Below are positions 31,751-41,371 of a stretch of DNA of 43,751 nucleotides, piece after piece (the first letter of the stretch is position 1; the number at the start of each line of letters is the position of its first letter). The DNA lies in contig CAZQMX010000001.1 of assembly GCA_964594965.1 (NCBI GenBank), positions 91,667 to 135,417 of the forward strand. The letters are read 5' to 3'. The stretch is from an uncultured Candidatus Saccharibacteria bacterium (lineage in GTDB: Bacteria; Patescibacteriota; Minisyncoccia; Portnoybacterales; UBA2143). A program made the translations under genes and the position numbers. The notes beneath the pieces are model-generated. The model was not told the origin of the DNA, ran no database searches, and saw only the letters and a list, made by a program, of their open reading frames with translations.

Positions 31751-31883
31751 GTTTCCATTCTACCCCTTCAAATCTCTCGGGGCAAGTAAAAAAACACCCG
31801 ACTTTATTTAATCTAAAAACAGAAAACCCACCAAAGCAGATTTTCTGCGGGTGGGCTTCATTTTCTTATCTTCTATAATTATT

Positions 31884-32063
31884 CTAACCGGAACAGGTTC
31901 TGCACAAATCTTTACCCCGCTTTTTCCAGCACGAATTGCACATCGGTTGTTCGCATTTTCTACATTCATAAATATGACCAACACACATTCCGGCATTACA
32001 TTCAATACAATTGGCCACAACCGGCCTGTCATCAGATTCGGCACAAGAAACACAACCAGACAT
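31884..32063 (-). CDS. 59-aa multi-CxxC zinc-finger protein
   Basis: GAGGAG SD before MSGCVSC; five CxxC and one CxxH. Confidence 0.75.
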   Translation of the reverse strand: MSGCVSCAESDDRPVVANCIECNAGMCVGHIYECRKCEQPMCNSCWKKRGKDLCRTCSG

Positions 32064-32145
32064 AGCGTTCTCCTCTCTGTCTTTTGATTTGATTCCTCCA
32101 AATGTTGAAAGTAGAATTGCACACATTATTAATGCTGTCAATATT

Positions 32146-33126
32146 TTACCCCCTAACCAACTTCTCCAGCCAATCAATAGATTGATTCTCCCTTTTCCAC
32201 CATAGGTCTTCCCAAATGTAATGAACTGCAATCTGCCTATAATCCCCATATCTCTCAAAATACTTTAATAATTTATCAACTGAAACTGGATTTTCAGGAT
32301 TCCGCTTAAAAAACAATTTTGAATAAATCTTTTGTTCCCAGGGAGAAATATGATTAAAAAAGTCAAAATGATGGAAGACGTCAAATAAGAGATACCAAAC
32401 TGTAGCCGGACCTACTCCATATAGTTTTAATAATTCCCTTTCCTGAGTTTCCCTCTCCTGCTGACGCAATTCAAATTCATTAATTAATCCTTTTTTAAAA
32501 TATTCGTCTATTTTTTTAATTGATTTAGCCCGATAACCAACCTTTAAAGCCCGTAATTCTTCCTCCTCGACTTTATCCAAACGACCCGGTTTCCAAAAAA
32601 CCCAGAGTTTTTTCTTATCAAATTCAAGCAGGGTTCCGTATTTTTCTAATAATCTCTGATACATTTGAATTGACCGCTTAACAGTAGCATTCTGCAAAAC
32701 AATTCCAATAATTAAGTATTCGTATAAGGAGTTGGGATGGCCTGGTCTCATTCCTTTCCATTTTTTAATAATTGGCCCTAAAATCTTATCATTTTTAAAT
32801 TTCTGATAGAATTCCTTTAAATCAAGATCTAAATTAAATCGATAACGCATTTCTTTAATTAAAGAATTAACAAATTGATGCTCAAGTTTTTCCTTAGCAT
32901 AGATATCAAACCTTATTCTCGGCTGATTAATTGTTCCTTTATTAGTAAATTTCAATCCTAATTGCTTTCCCTGCCAAAAACAGGTCTGCCAGCGAATATT
33001 TGGCAACCAAAAACCATCGCCAGATTCAAAATGATCCGGCTTGTGAAAAGTAGAATTAAAGTCAAAAGGCGCCAAAGGCACCAGTTTTGTTGTTTTGATT
33101 TTTTTGTGGGGCATTGTCCTTGGCAT
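32146..33126 (-). CDS. HhH-superfamily DNA glycosylase, AlkA/OGG-like
   Basis: IVLQN, VGYRAK, LYGVGPAT helix-hairpin-helix. Confidence 0.85.
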   Translation of the reverse strand: MPRTMPHKKIKTTKLVPLAPFDFNSTFHKPDHFESGDGFWLPNIRWQTCFWQGKQLGLKFTNKGTINQPRIRFDIYAKEKLEHQFVNSLIKEMRYRFNLDLDLKEFYQKFKNDKILGPIIKKWKGMRPGHPNSLYEYLIIGIVLQNATVKRSIQMYQRLLEKYGTLLEFDKKKLWVFWKPGRLDKVEEEELRALKVGYRAKSIKKIDEYFKKGLINEFELRQQERETQERELLKLYGVGPATVWYLLFDVFHHFDFFNHISPWEQKIYSKLFFKRNPENPVSVDKLLKYFERYGDYRQIAVHYIWEDLWWKRENQSIDWLEKLVRG

Positions 33127-33842
33127 TACTCCTCTAAACTTAACTGGCAGTTTTGTGTCTCTTCGCCAGTTTCAGGATTCCAACATTTATAGGCAACTAT
33201 TATTTCGTTTATCAAAGCACTTTTATTTTCAACAGATAGACCAATATGAAATTTAAAATGATTATTTACATTTAATAATTCAACCCAATCAGCAATTCTA
33301 AAATTTTGAGCATCGGGATCATACGGTAATCCTGGCAAATAAGAAACTGAATTTAAGGACAATAACGCCTCTGTATAATTTTCCCTATTCTCATGCAATA
33401 TGCTTTTGTCTCTTAATATATGTCCACCGAAATCATGAGGATCAATATAGACGCTATCCCACTCATTATTTATTGGTTTGTTATTTTTACTTACCCTTAT
33501 GTAAAGATACCCACAACCAATCTCATCGGGTCCAGTTCTACCAACCATCGAATCAATACCGCCAACAAATATTCCATTCTGGGCATAACTATATTTATTA
33601 ACAACAATCTTTAAATATTGTCCCTTATTTAGTAATTCTTGATAGCCATCAAAACTTTGTTTGCATTCGGGCTTATAGATTACAATTTCTTTTTCTTCAA
33701 TAATTTTTTCGACCACTCTCTCGATTTGCTCTTTGTCCATATTCTTATCTAAAGCATTAGAAATAGCGACAGCGCCATACACGAAAAAGGCCCCCACTAT
33801 TGCCATTATTGCTACTCTTTTTAACAATTCTGTATTTTCCAT
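33126..33842 (-). CDS. Membrane-anchored hypothetical protein
   Basis: N-terminal TM; 238 aa. Confidence 0.75.
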   Translation of the reverse strand: MENTELLKRVAIMAIVGAFFVYGAVAISNALDKNMDKEQIERVVEKIIEEKEIVIYKPECKQSFDGYQELLNKGQYLKIVVNKYSYAQNGIFVGGIDSMVGRTGPDEIGCGYLYIRVSKNNKPINNEWDSVYIDPHDFGGHILRDKSILHENRENYTEALLSLNSVSYLPGLPYDPDAQNFRIADWVELLNVNNHFKFHIGLSVENKSALINEIIVAYKCWNPETGEETQNCQLSLEE

Positions 33843-33850
33843 AAATTTGT

Positions 33851-34237
33851 TTATTTTGATTCTCGAGAATCAAAAAAATTAATAAACCACTTAATAGAAC
33901 ACTTAATAACAAGACCAAATAATACCAAAAAGCTTAAATTTATAAACAGCCTATGCACCCAAACAGCAAACCAATCTGTATAATCCTTATAAAATGTACT
34001 CGTGTTATCTGTTCCAGTAATAATACCTTGGGCTATAGTTGCCATAAATATCATTGTTATTAAAATAGGCAAAAAACCAAATTGAAACGCTATAACGACC
34101 CCAAAGAATGCCGCCATAGAATAGAATGAAAGAATGCCTACTTTCTCTCGATCGCTATATTGCCTATTTATCTTTACAGAAACTCTTGGACAAAAAGAAC
34201 CAAGTAGTATCCAAAATAAATCGTCGATTAACTTCAT
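33851..34237 (-). CDS. Small membrane protein
   Basis: About three hydrophobic segments. Confidence 0.65.
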   Translation of the reverse strand: MKLIDDLFWILLGSFCPRVSVKINRQYSDREKVGILSFYSMAAFFGVVIAFQFGFLPILITMIFMATIAQGIITGTDNTSTFYKDYTDWFAVWVHRLFINLSFLVLFGLVIKCSIKWFINFFDSRESK

Positions 34238-34276
34238 TTTCAAATTTTCTTCAAACTCCTTATTTATCGTAATGTA

Positions 34277-36082
34277 CTAATTTAGCTTTTCCGATGCAAA
34301 TTGAAAAATTTTTTCAAATTTGTTTAAGGTTCCTTTATTTAGGCTGAAATTTTTACTATTAATAAAAAGATCCTGTATTGCAGTATTAAATTTCGATTTA
34401 TTAAAATCGTCTCCCTTTTTATGTCCTGGAAATAAATTCTGTATTATTTTTAATTTCTCGTTATCAGTAAATAGATTTTCGGTTTTAAAATCATCTAATT
34501 TATCGTCAACATCTTTCAGTGTAAAAACTTTTTCCTTTAATTCAACACTAACATCATTTATGTATCTTTTTTGTTCTTTTTTCCCCTGGCTGTCTGCATC
34601 AAACACAGCTAAAAACTTTTTATTCCATGATAAATATAATCTAAAAAGATTATCGTATTTCGAAACTCCTGTGCCAGGATAAAAATTCAAATCAAATTTA
34701 TCAGCAAAAAATTTACTCTGAACATATTTAAAAGTATAATAATCGTTTTTCCCTTCTACGCATACTATCTTTGGAATTTGTTCTAGATCACTAGGACAAT
34801 AATGTATAGAATCTAATATGGGCTGGAAATAGTCTTTTTCCTCCGGATGATTAGCAACAAAGTTTTTGTATAATATTGCTTTTATATTAGTTTTACTTTG
34901 ACTAAAAGATTCATCGTTTTTATAATTGATCGCTTCGTTCTTGATTATGTAAGTACCTGATAAAAATTTTGGGTTAATTAAATGATGACTATGCGTGGAA
35001 TAAATCAATTTACATCTATCAGTAAGTTTTTCAAATAAGTTAAGTAATTTTTTCTGTGAATATTGATGTAAATTGCTTGCAGGTTCATCTAATAAAAACA
35101 ACGTTTCTCCTTTGTCGCCTCTTCTTTCTTTTCTGAATTCAGTAAAAATTAAAAAACTAAAAAACCATCGAAAACCAAGGCTTCTATCTCTTATATAATA
35201 TCTATCTGCTCCTTGCCTAATTTTTATCTCTATATAATAACCATTATCATCATCGCCCGTTATCAGCTCAATTTGTTTATTGCTTTTTTCAAATATTTCT
35301 TCCCAACTCCCAAAGATTTTACTTGTCAACTTGTCACTAACTTGCCCCAATAAAGAATCCAAAGACTCTTTGTCTTCGCTTTCGCTACTTTTTAGTCTGT
35401 TTAAAATATGTTTTCCAACTACTGAATTATTATTAACTGAGTTCAGTATATCTTGTAATACTGCTCTATATTCTTCTTGTTCTGGGCCTTCGCTATCATA
35501 TTTTTCTAAATAAATCTTTTGTGGAAAATTAAATAAAAAGTTTTCGTAATAGACAATTTTAGGAAAAAGCCTCTTTTTTATTCTGCTAACAACCTTAACC
35601 CACTTAGCATTATCCTTATCATATAGATCGCCCTCTTTTTTAGCTCTTTCTTTTTTTCCTACTAATTCTATTCTCCATGTAGGTTCTGGAGAATCCTCGC
35701 TGCATTTTGAGTCTTTAAATTTATATTCCTTTGTATAGGTTATCTGCCCAGCATTCTGAGTCAAAATAAAACGAGATTCTTCGTCATTTTTTTCATTACA
35801 AAACTCTTTAATTTTCTTTTCATCTGATTCGTCTAATTCTAAAGTTACCGATATAGATATAATACCTTCAAAATTACCCTTTCTACTTTTATGTATCATC
35901 TCATGTGCTCGTCTTTTTGGAACATTATTATGTAAAAGATTTATAGCTTCAAGTATTGATGTCTTGCCACTTTCGTTTAAACCAACCAGTGTAAAAATAT
36001 TCGCACTTGGTAATTTTGTCAGATCAATCTCTATTTTTTCTATACCTTTATAATTTTCGATTGTAAACTTTGTGTATTTCAT
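34277..36082 (-). CDS. OLD-family-like ABC ATPase with C-terminal TOPRIM domain
   Basis: GLNESGKT, SLGFRWF, LLDEP, STHS, CVEGKND, FDAD. Confidence 0.85.
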   Translation of the reverse strand: MKYTKFTIENYKGIEKIEIDLTKLPSANIFTLVGLNESGKTSILEAINLLHNNVPKRRAHEMIHKSRKGNFEGIISISVTLELDESDEKKIKEFCNEKNDEESRFILTQNAGQITYTKEYKFKDSKCSEDSPEPTWRIELVGKKERAKKEGDLYDKDNAKWVKVVSRIKKRLFPKIVYYENFLFNFPQKIYLEKYDSEGPEQEEYRAVLQDILNSVNNNSVVGKHILNRLKSSESEDKESLDSLLGQVSDKLTSKIFGSWEEIFEKSNKQIELITGDDDNGYYIEIKIRQGADRYYIRDRSLGFRWFFSFLIFTEFRKERRGDKGETLFLLDEPASNLHQYSQKKLLNLFEKLTDRCKLIYSTHSHHLINPKFLSGTYIIKNEAINYKNDESFSQSKTNIKAILYKNFVANHPEEKDYFQPILDSIHYCPSDLEQIPKIVCVEGKNDYYTFKYVQSKFFADKFDLNFYPGTGVSKYDNLFRLYLSWNKKFLAVFDADSQGKKEQKRYINDVSVELKEKVFTLKDVDDKLDDFKTENLFTDNEKLKIIQNLFPGHKKGDDFNKSKFNTAIQDLFINSKNFSLNKGTLNKFEKIFQFASEKLN

Positions 36083-36124
36083 AAATTCTATAATATAAAA
36101 TGAAAAAGACGCAGCTAAACCACG

Positions 36125-36184
36125 TCACTTGTTGGGCGCCCTACCTCCTAAACCCTCCACCTGGTTTTTGAGGTATTCTTTCAT
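36125..36184 (-). CDS. Putative 19-aa leader peptide MKEYLKNQVEGLGGRAPNK
   Basis: TG-A-TATAAT 9 nt upstream; stop codon overlaps a terminator-like hairpin at 36108-36126. Confidence 0.45.
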   Translation of the reverse strand: MKEYLKNQVEGLGGRAPNK

Positions 36185-36280
36185 ATTAAATATATTATAT
36201 CATAAACAATTAAATTTTTCACTTATAATTTAATTCTTTTTTATCCTTATTTTCGAATTTTCTTCAAATCTTTTATTTAA

Positions 36281-37063
36281 TTATAACCTTTTGTATTTCG
36301 CAAAATAATCATCGATCTCTTTTCTTAATTCTATCCCAACTCTTTCAAAGCAATCCAACAAATCTTGGTATACGCCATTTCCTCCTAAAAAATCCCAGAA
36401 TTCATTAGCAACCTTTAGTTCTTTTTCTAAATCCAACATTCCAGACATTGTCCAACGACTATATGGTTTCGGCTCATATGGATTATATGGAATCGCAATA
36501 AGCGTATTTATTTTCGCCTTTGGATCTTTTGCTAAGATCACAGCAGCCCATTCTAGTAAAGTTCGCTTAAATTCTTTGAACCCACCTTTATTTGGCTTAG
36601 CGGTTTTTATATCAAATAAAAATAATTCTCCTGTTTTATTTTCTAAAAAAACATCAACTTTTGTTAATTTTACCTTTCGCATTGTCCCCCTTCTACAATT
36701 TTTTCTAATTATTTCTATCTCCTTTAGTTTATTTGGCTTTACATCAGCGGATGTAAGACTATCCATTATTCTCTGAATTACAATCTGCGCTGATTCGCTT
36801 ATATTGTTTCCCGCTTCAACCTGAGACTTCGCAACCTTAAACTTATTTTTTGCGAGAGCGACAGCTACTGGTTCAAAAATACTTGTACCAAAATTTGTAT
36901 TAAGAGAATGGACAAAAGAAAATAAAGCTAGCCTATCCTTTCCTAGTAATCTTGTGTGAAAAGGCATTGAAGCAGGTTCTGGATTATAATTTTGAAACTT
37001 TTTTCTCAAAGCATTCTTTAAAACTTGCTCAACTTTATTAATTTGTTGTTTTGATAAAGTCAT
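36281..37063 (-). CDS. Type II restriction endonuclease, TdeIII/MjaII-like
   Basis: SLNTNFGTSIFE, VDVF..FDIKTAKPN, IPYNPY, EFWDFLGG; adjacent to a methyltransferase. Confidence 0.85.
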   Translation of the reverse strand: MTLSKQQINKVEQVLKNALRKKFQNYNPEPASMPFHTRLLGKDRLALFSFVHSLNTNFGTSIFEPVAVALAKNKFKVAKSQVEAGNNISESAQIVIQRIMDSLTSADVKPNKLKEIEIIRKNCRRGTMRKVKLTKVDVFLENKTGELFLFDIKTAKPNKGGFKEFKRTLLEWAAVILAKDPKAKINTLIAIPYNPYEPKPYSRWTMSGMLDLEKELKVANEFWDFLGGNGVYQDLLDCFERVGIELRKEIDDYFAKYKRL

Positions 37064-37074
37064 GGTTTTAATTG

Positions 37075-38247
37075 TTATTTATTTCTAATAAAGTAATAAA
37101 TACTTTCTGAGAATTTAGCATTATCGCGTTCAGTTCTCATAAGAACTGGCCTATGATAAATCCTCTCTATTTTATAACCGCAAGTATCGGCAACTTCTGA
37201 ATAAAGATTATCTCTATCATTAACCACCACAAATACCTTTGCTTTTGGTTTTAGGAATTTATTAGCATTTTGGAAAACAGCTATTATGTCCTTTTTGTAC
37301 TCTTCTTTCGCCTCCCTACTTCTTCCTTTTGATGCCGGACCAATTTCCTTAAATCCGTTATCATCAAAACCAAATAATTCATAAGCGTAGCGATGCTGAT
37401 CATGGTAATCAATTAAGCCAACATACGGCGGAGATGTAAATATGCCATCAAATTTTTCTCCTTTATACCCATGGACTCTTGAAAAATTAATTTTTCTTGA
37501 GTCACCCTGAATCACCTTTATCGCTGCATCTGTTCTTAAACTGTCAAATTCTTTTATCCTCTTTATTGTATCCCAACTATAACGATTAATAAACTTTAAC
37601 GCTTCATCGACTGGCCGACAAGTACGACGATGCTTTATACAGTAATATGGACCCCTGACCGGTTTTGTCGGACGAGCTAAATCATAATGAGTTATTAATC
37701 TAGCACTTCTAGCCGCCCGGCTTAAAATAATCTTGAGTAGATTCTTGCACTTATAATCTTCTAATTGTTCTTTATAAAAAAGGATTTCTTGTAATGCCCT
37801 ATCAGGTAGCCAAGTATTAAGATATTCACTATTTGTTTTGTAAACTTTTTTAACTCTACTATTAGAGTTTATTTTTTTACTAAATTCATGAGTTTTAAAA
37901 AGAATATCCTTTATTTCTTCTTCTGCCTGAGGAATATTGTATTCATGTGTCTTAATTCCTGCTATCAAACAATTAAAGAGTGAAATCTCTACTCCAACAG
38001 AGTTCATTCCCAAAACATTGCCTTCGATTAAGGTGGTGCCAGAACCCATAAAAGGATCCAAGACGTAATTACCTTTTTTAAAATACTTTTTGAGAAAAAC
38101 TTCCACCAATTGAGGAATAAATTTGCCTAAATAAGGATGAAGTCTGTGAACGTGTTTTGTTCTTTCATATTCCCTAACATTAGCAAAAGACAAATCGACT
38201 CCATTAAGAGATGTTTCAAACTTTGTCGGAATTTTAGTTTGTGTCAT
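37075..38247 (-). CDS. Amino DNA methyltransferase, probably N4-cytosine
   Basis: HPYLGKFIPQL, DPFMGSGTT (motif I) preceding TSPPY (motif IV). Confidence 0.9.
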   Translation of the reverse strand: MTQTKIPTKFETSLNGVDLSFANVREYERTKHVHRLHPYLGKFIPQLVEVFLKKYFKKGNYVLDPFMGSGTTLIEGNVLGMNSVGVEISLFNCLIAGIKTHEYNIPQAEEEIKDILFKTHEFSKKINSNSRVKKVYKTNSEYLNTWLPDRALQEILFYKEQLEDYKCKNLLKIILSRAARSARLITHYDLARPTKPVRGPYYCIKHRRTCRPVDEALKFINRYSWDTIKRIKEFDSLRTDAAIKVIQGDSRKINFSRVHGYKGEKFDGIFTSPPYVGLIDYHDQHRYAYELFGFDDNGFKEIGPASKGRSREAKEEYKKDIIAVFQNANKFLKPKAKVFVVVNDRDNLYSEVADTCGYKIERIYHRPVLMRTERDNAKFSESIYYFIRNK

Positions 38248-38301
38248 ATCTTTTAAATCCTCCTCCTATCCCCCTCCCTACATTTGCACCCCTCCCATAT
38301 A

Positions 38302-39474
38302 TCACCTAACAAAATACTTGGCATTGTCAGTAAAATCATTAACTTGGGTTTTTTGGGGGAAAGCTTCAAATTTTATCCTTCTATCTTCAAGTATTTCTAC
38401 TAATACTACTCCATGGGATTGAGTAGATTCTTTTGCAGTTAGGGGTTTGATTAAGGTTTTTCTATCCCAAGGCTTGTTGTTAAAAAAATACTCCAAATCA
38501 ACTAATTCATACTTAATTAATCCAGAATCTTTGTCTATTTCTGCAGGATCTGGAGAATTGCCTTTAACAGCAAATTGTCTTGATTTGCCTTGGAAAGTAC
38601 CAATAGAAATCATTACCAGGCTAGGGTCAATATGATTATAGACAAAACTTAGATGTCCAGCCCAATATCTATCAGGATTAACACCTTGATGACCATTAGT
38701 GTTTTCTTCAAACCAGGTTCCGACTAATTTCCCGTCTATATCGTAATCAATCTTCCCTCCAACAGGTTCAACTGATCGGACTGATTTAGCCCTCATCTTA
38801 TTCCTAATCTCATCGTTAAAATAGTTAAATGGATCTTGAACTTCAGAATATCTAGTACTCCTATAACTATCAGGATTGACAAAGCTATTGACGACTTCTT
38901 TGTCAAAAACATTGTAATCAACACTGCCTTGATAAGTTCCTAGAATTTGTCCAGCTTTAACATCCAAATAGATAAACTTAAACTCCTCATCCCCTATTGC
39001 ATCGACAATTTGATCAATCGGATTATCAACATGAATAAAATGACTTTCCATCGTACAAGTATGTTTAATTGTCATAAGATAATCATCGACAGGTCTTTCA
39101 TTCCCAGGGTCTGTAATAGAGGAAGTCATATGTTGAACAATGGTTATCGTGCCATCAGCAGGGGCATAAACATTGACTTCTCCAATGCCGGTATAGTATT
39201 GATGATCAACAGGAGTTACATGCGAGTCTCCCATTTGCCCAAGGGGGATGATAAGGTCAATTTTATCTAAATCAACTGGCGGATAATTAAAAGTAATTCT
39301 TTTTCCTTTACAACCGCTTTTATCAACAAATCCAGATGTTTCTTCAGTTATTACTCCTTCATTTTTCGGTTCCCCAGTTCCAATATCTCCATCTTCATCA
39401 GTATAGTTGGCGATTGAAATAAAGATGGCTAAGGCAAGAATAGCAGGAACAATTAAAATTAAAATTCTTTTCAT
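38302..39474 (-). CDS. Exported protein with a distant M23-like domain
   Basis: Signal/TM; HVTPVDH, VYAPADG, HFIH, VKAGQILG; start moved to MKRILIL. Confidence 0.65.
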   Translation of the reverse strand: MKRILILIVPAILALAIFISIANYTDEDGDIGTGEPKNEGVITEETSGFVDKSGCKGKRITFNYPPVDLDKIDLIIPLGQMGDSHVTPVDHQYYTGIGEVNVYAPADGTITIVQHMTSSITDPGNERPVDDYLMTIKHTCTMESHFIHVDNPIDQIVDAIGDEEFKFIYLDVKAGQILGTYQGSVDYNVFDKEVVNSFVNPDSYRSTRYSEVQDPFNYFNDEIRNKMRAKSVRSVEPVGGKIDYDIDGKLVGTWFEENTNGHQGVNPDRYWAGHLSFVYNHIDPSLVMISIGTFQGKSRQFAVKGNSPDPAEIDKDSGLIKYELVDLEYFFNNKPWDRKTLIKPLTAKESTQSHGVVLVEILEDRRIKFEAFPQKTQVNDFTDNAKYFVR

Positions 39475-39582
39475 ATTAATAAGGCAAATCCTTAACTTAA
39501 TCATATCTTTTTTTACTAGCTCTGGCAATTAAAAAAGCCCGTAAGGTGGAGCTTATACCATTTTTGGATCGAAAATCTCTTT

Positions 39583-39873
39583 TTAATTATGACTGAAGGG
39601 ATCCGGTTCAAACACCACACACTCAACAACTGGTTCTGGTGTTTTTTCGTAACTCCCGGGGTAAACCTCTCCCTGAGAATGGCATGAGTAACAATCGCAA
39701 CCATAACCATGCTGTCCTCCAGGAAGAGTTCCTTCCATCCCCCCATGGATTCCCACTGACATTAACTCTATGTTCAGTTTTTCAAGTTGAGCTTTTATTT
39801 CTTTGGATTCAGTTCGTTGTGCTGAAAACAACGAACGAACAAAACGAATAAAAACTTTGATATTTTTGAACAT
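39583..39873 (-). CDS. Orphan with C-terminal Cys/His cluster
   Basis: TTGACA-17nt-TACTCT promoter, AGGAGG SD, HGYGCDCYSCH. Confidence 0.7.
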   Translation of the reverse strand: MFKNIKVFIRFVRSLFSAQRTESKEIKAQLEKLNIELMSVGIHGGMEGTLPGGQHGYGCDCYSCHSQGEVYPGSYEKTPEPVVECVVFEPDPFSHN

Positions 39874-39981
39874 ATACCCCTCCTTCATTAAAAAGGTTGA
39901 TTTCAAGAACTAAAAACAGAGTAGCATAAGAATACTATTCTGTCAATGCGAACTCCGTGGATAAGATTCGGACCTATTATT

Positions 39982-40738
39982 TCAACTAATCTCTATTCCC
40001 ACCGGACAATGATCTGAACCCGAGACTTTATTTAAAATAAAGGATTTTTTTAATTTAGGGCTTAATTTCTTTGAAGTAAAGGCGTAATCAATGCGCCAGC
40101 CAAGGTTTCTTTCTCTGCAATTCCTGTAATATGGCCACCAAGTGTAATTTCCTTTTTTTTTGATTAAATTCTCTAAAAGTACCAGTAAATCCTAATTGAA
40201 CTATTTTATCTATCTGTTTTCTTTCCTTTTCGGTGAACATAATATTTTTCTGATTATCCCTCGGTCTGGCCAAATCAATTTCCTGATGAGCAATATTAAA
40301 ATCACCAATTAGGATTAAATTCTTATCTTTGTTTCTTTTTAGGAGATTATAAAGCACGCTATAGGCTTCTAATTTGTAATCCAGGTTTTCTTTTTGTCTG
40401 CCGCCGTGGGGTAAATAAAGATTAATTAGGGTGAATTTAGGAAAAGTTAATTTTAAAATTCTTCCCTCACTATCAAATCTTTTTAACCCTAATACATATT
40501 CTACTTTTTTTGGTTTTTCTTTGGTATAGACGGCAACGCCGGAATATCCTTTTTTTTGAGCTTGGTTAAAACAAAAATGATAATTTTTAAGATTAATTAA
40601 ATCCTGAGGAATTTGTTCTTTTTGAGCTTTAATTTCTTGGAGACAAACAATATCTGCTTTTGTATTTTTAAGCCATTTTAAGAACCCCCTCTTAGCAACA
40701 GCCCTAACTCCATTAACATTCCATGAAAGTATTTTCAT
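39982..40738 (-). pseudogene. xth: Exodeoxyribonuclease III, frameshifted in an A9 tract
   Basis: SWNVNG, LQEIK, GDFN; YTWW, GWRIDY and SDHCP lie in another frame after 40153-40161. Confidence 0.85.
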
Positions 40739-40791
40739 AAAAATATCCTCAAATCATTGACAAAATACATCTTACGTGGTAGTATTGTGAT

Positions 40792-41000
40792 ATTGGACAT
40801 TACATGCTGTTGTTACCCAAAGAGCGCATTAGACGCCTTGGTGATAACAATAACGTGGTCCTCTTTGGAAGACAGTCCCCAGGTCTTTCAAGGGTATAAT
40901 AAGGGGTTATCAAGTGGGATTTCGCCACCTACTTAAAAAAACATAAACTGGGCGGCCCGTTCGCGAATCTTCGGAGTAGCGGTGGGGCTTTTTCTTTTTT
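40792..41000 (+). ncRNA. Candidate structured non-coding RNA, family unknown
   Basis: TTGACA-17nt-TAGTAT at 40757-40785; four hairpins, the last with cUUCGg and a U tract. Confidence 0.55.
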
Positions 41001-41272
41001 TAAATCCCAAATTCCCTCGCTACCTTAATCTGAATCATTTCTTCCGGATTAATTTCTTCCAAATCATTTCCAGGGAAGGTTTGAATAACCTTAATTCCTT
41101 CAATATCAATACCAATCCTATCAGTTGAAGCTGGAAAAGGGTCTGCTGTATTAAAATTTGGTTTTAATAAGATAGTTTCGTTCTCTTTAAGAAAACTATT
41201 AAAACCACCAATCTGATTGACAGATTCTAAAACAGATTCTTTTAGATTATTAACCTGTATTTTACTGACCAT
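41000..41272 (-). pseudogene. DUF362-like gene with an internal deletion
   Basis: LLKPNFNTADPFPAST joined directly to DRIGID...QIKVAREFGI. Confidence 0.65.
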
Positions 41273-41371
41273 ACTTTAATCATACTTCTCTAGATATCCC
41301 GGGTTAATTGAAAAGGCCGACGCTTTAACACGCCGACCATTGTTATTATTATACTTCCGGTTGAAAAAAAG

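Noticed and set aside
25700-34250. Integron cassette array or prophage
   Set aside because: No integrase, no recurring attC-like sites and no phage structural genes; the hairpins look like ordinary terminators.
38258-38297. G-rich tract upstream of the methyltransferase as a G-quadruplex
   Set aside because: Four G runs exist but one loop is 10 nt, and the tract includes the SD region; no other support.
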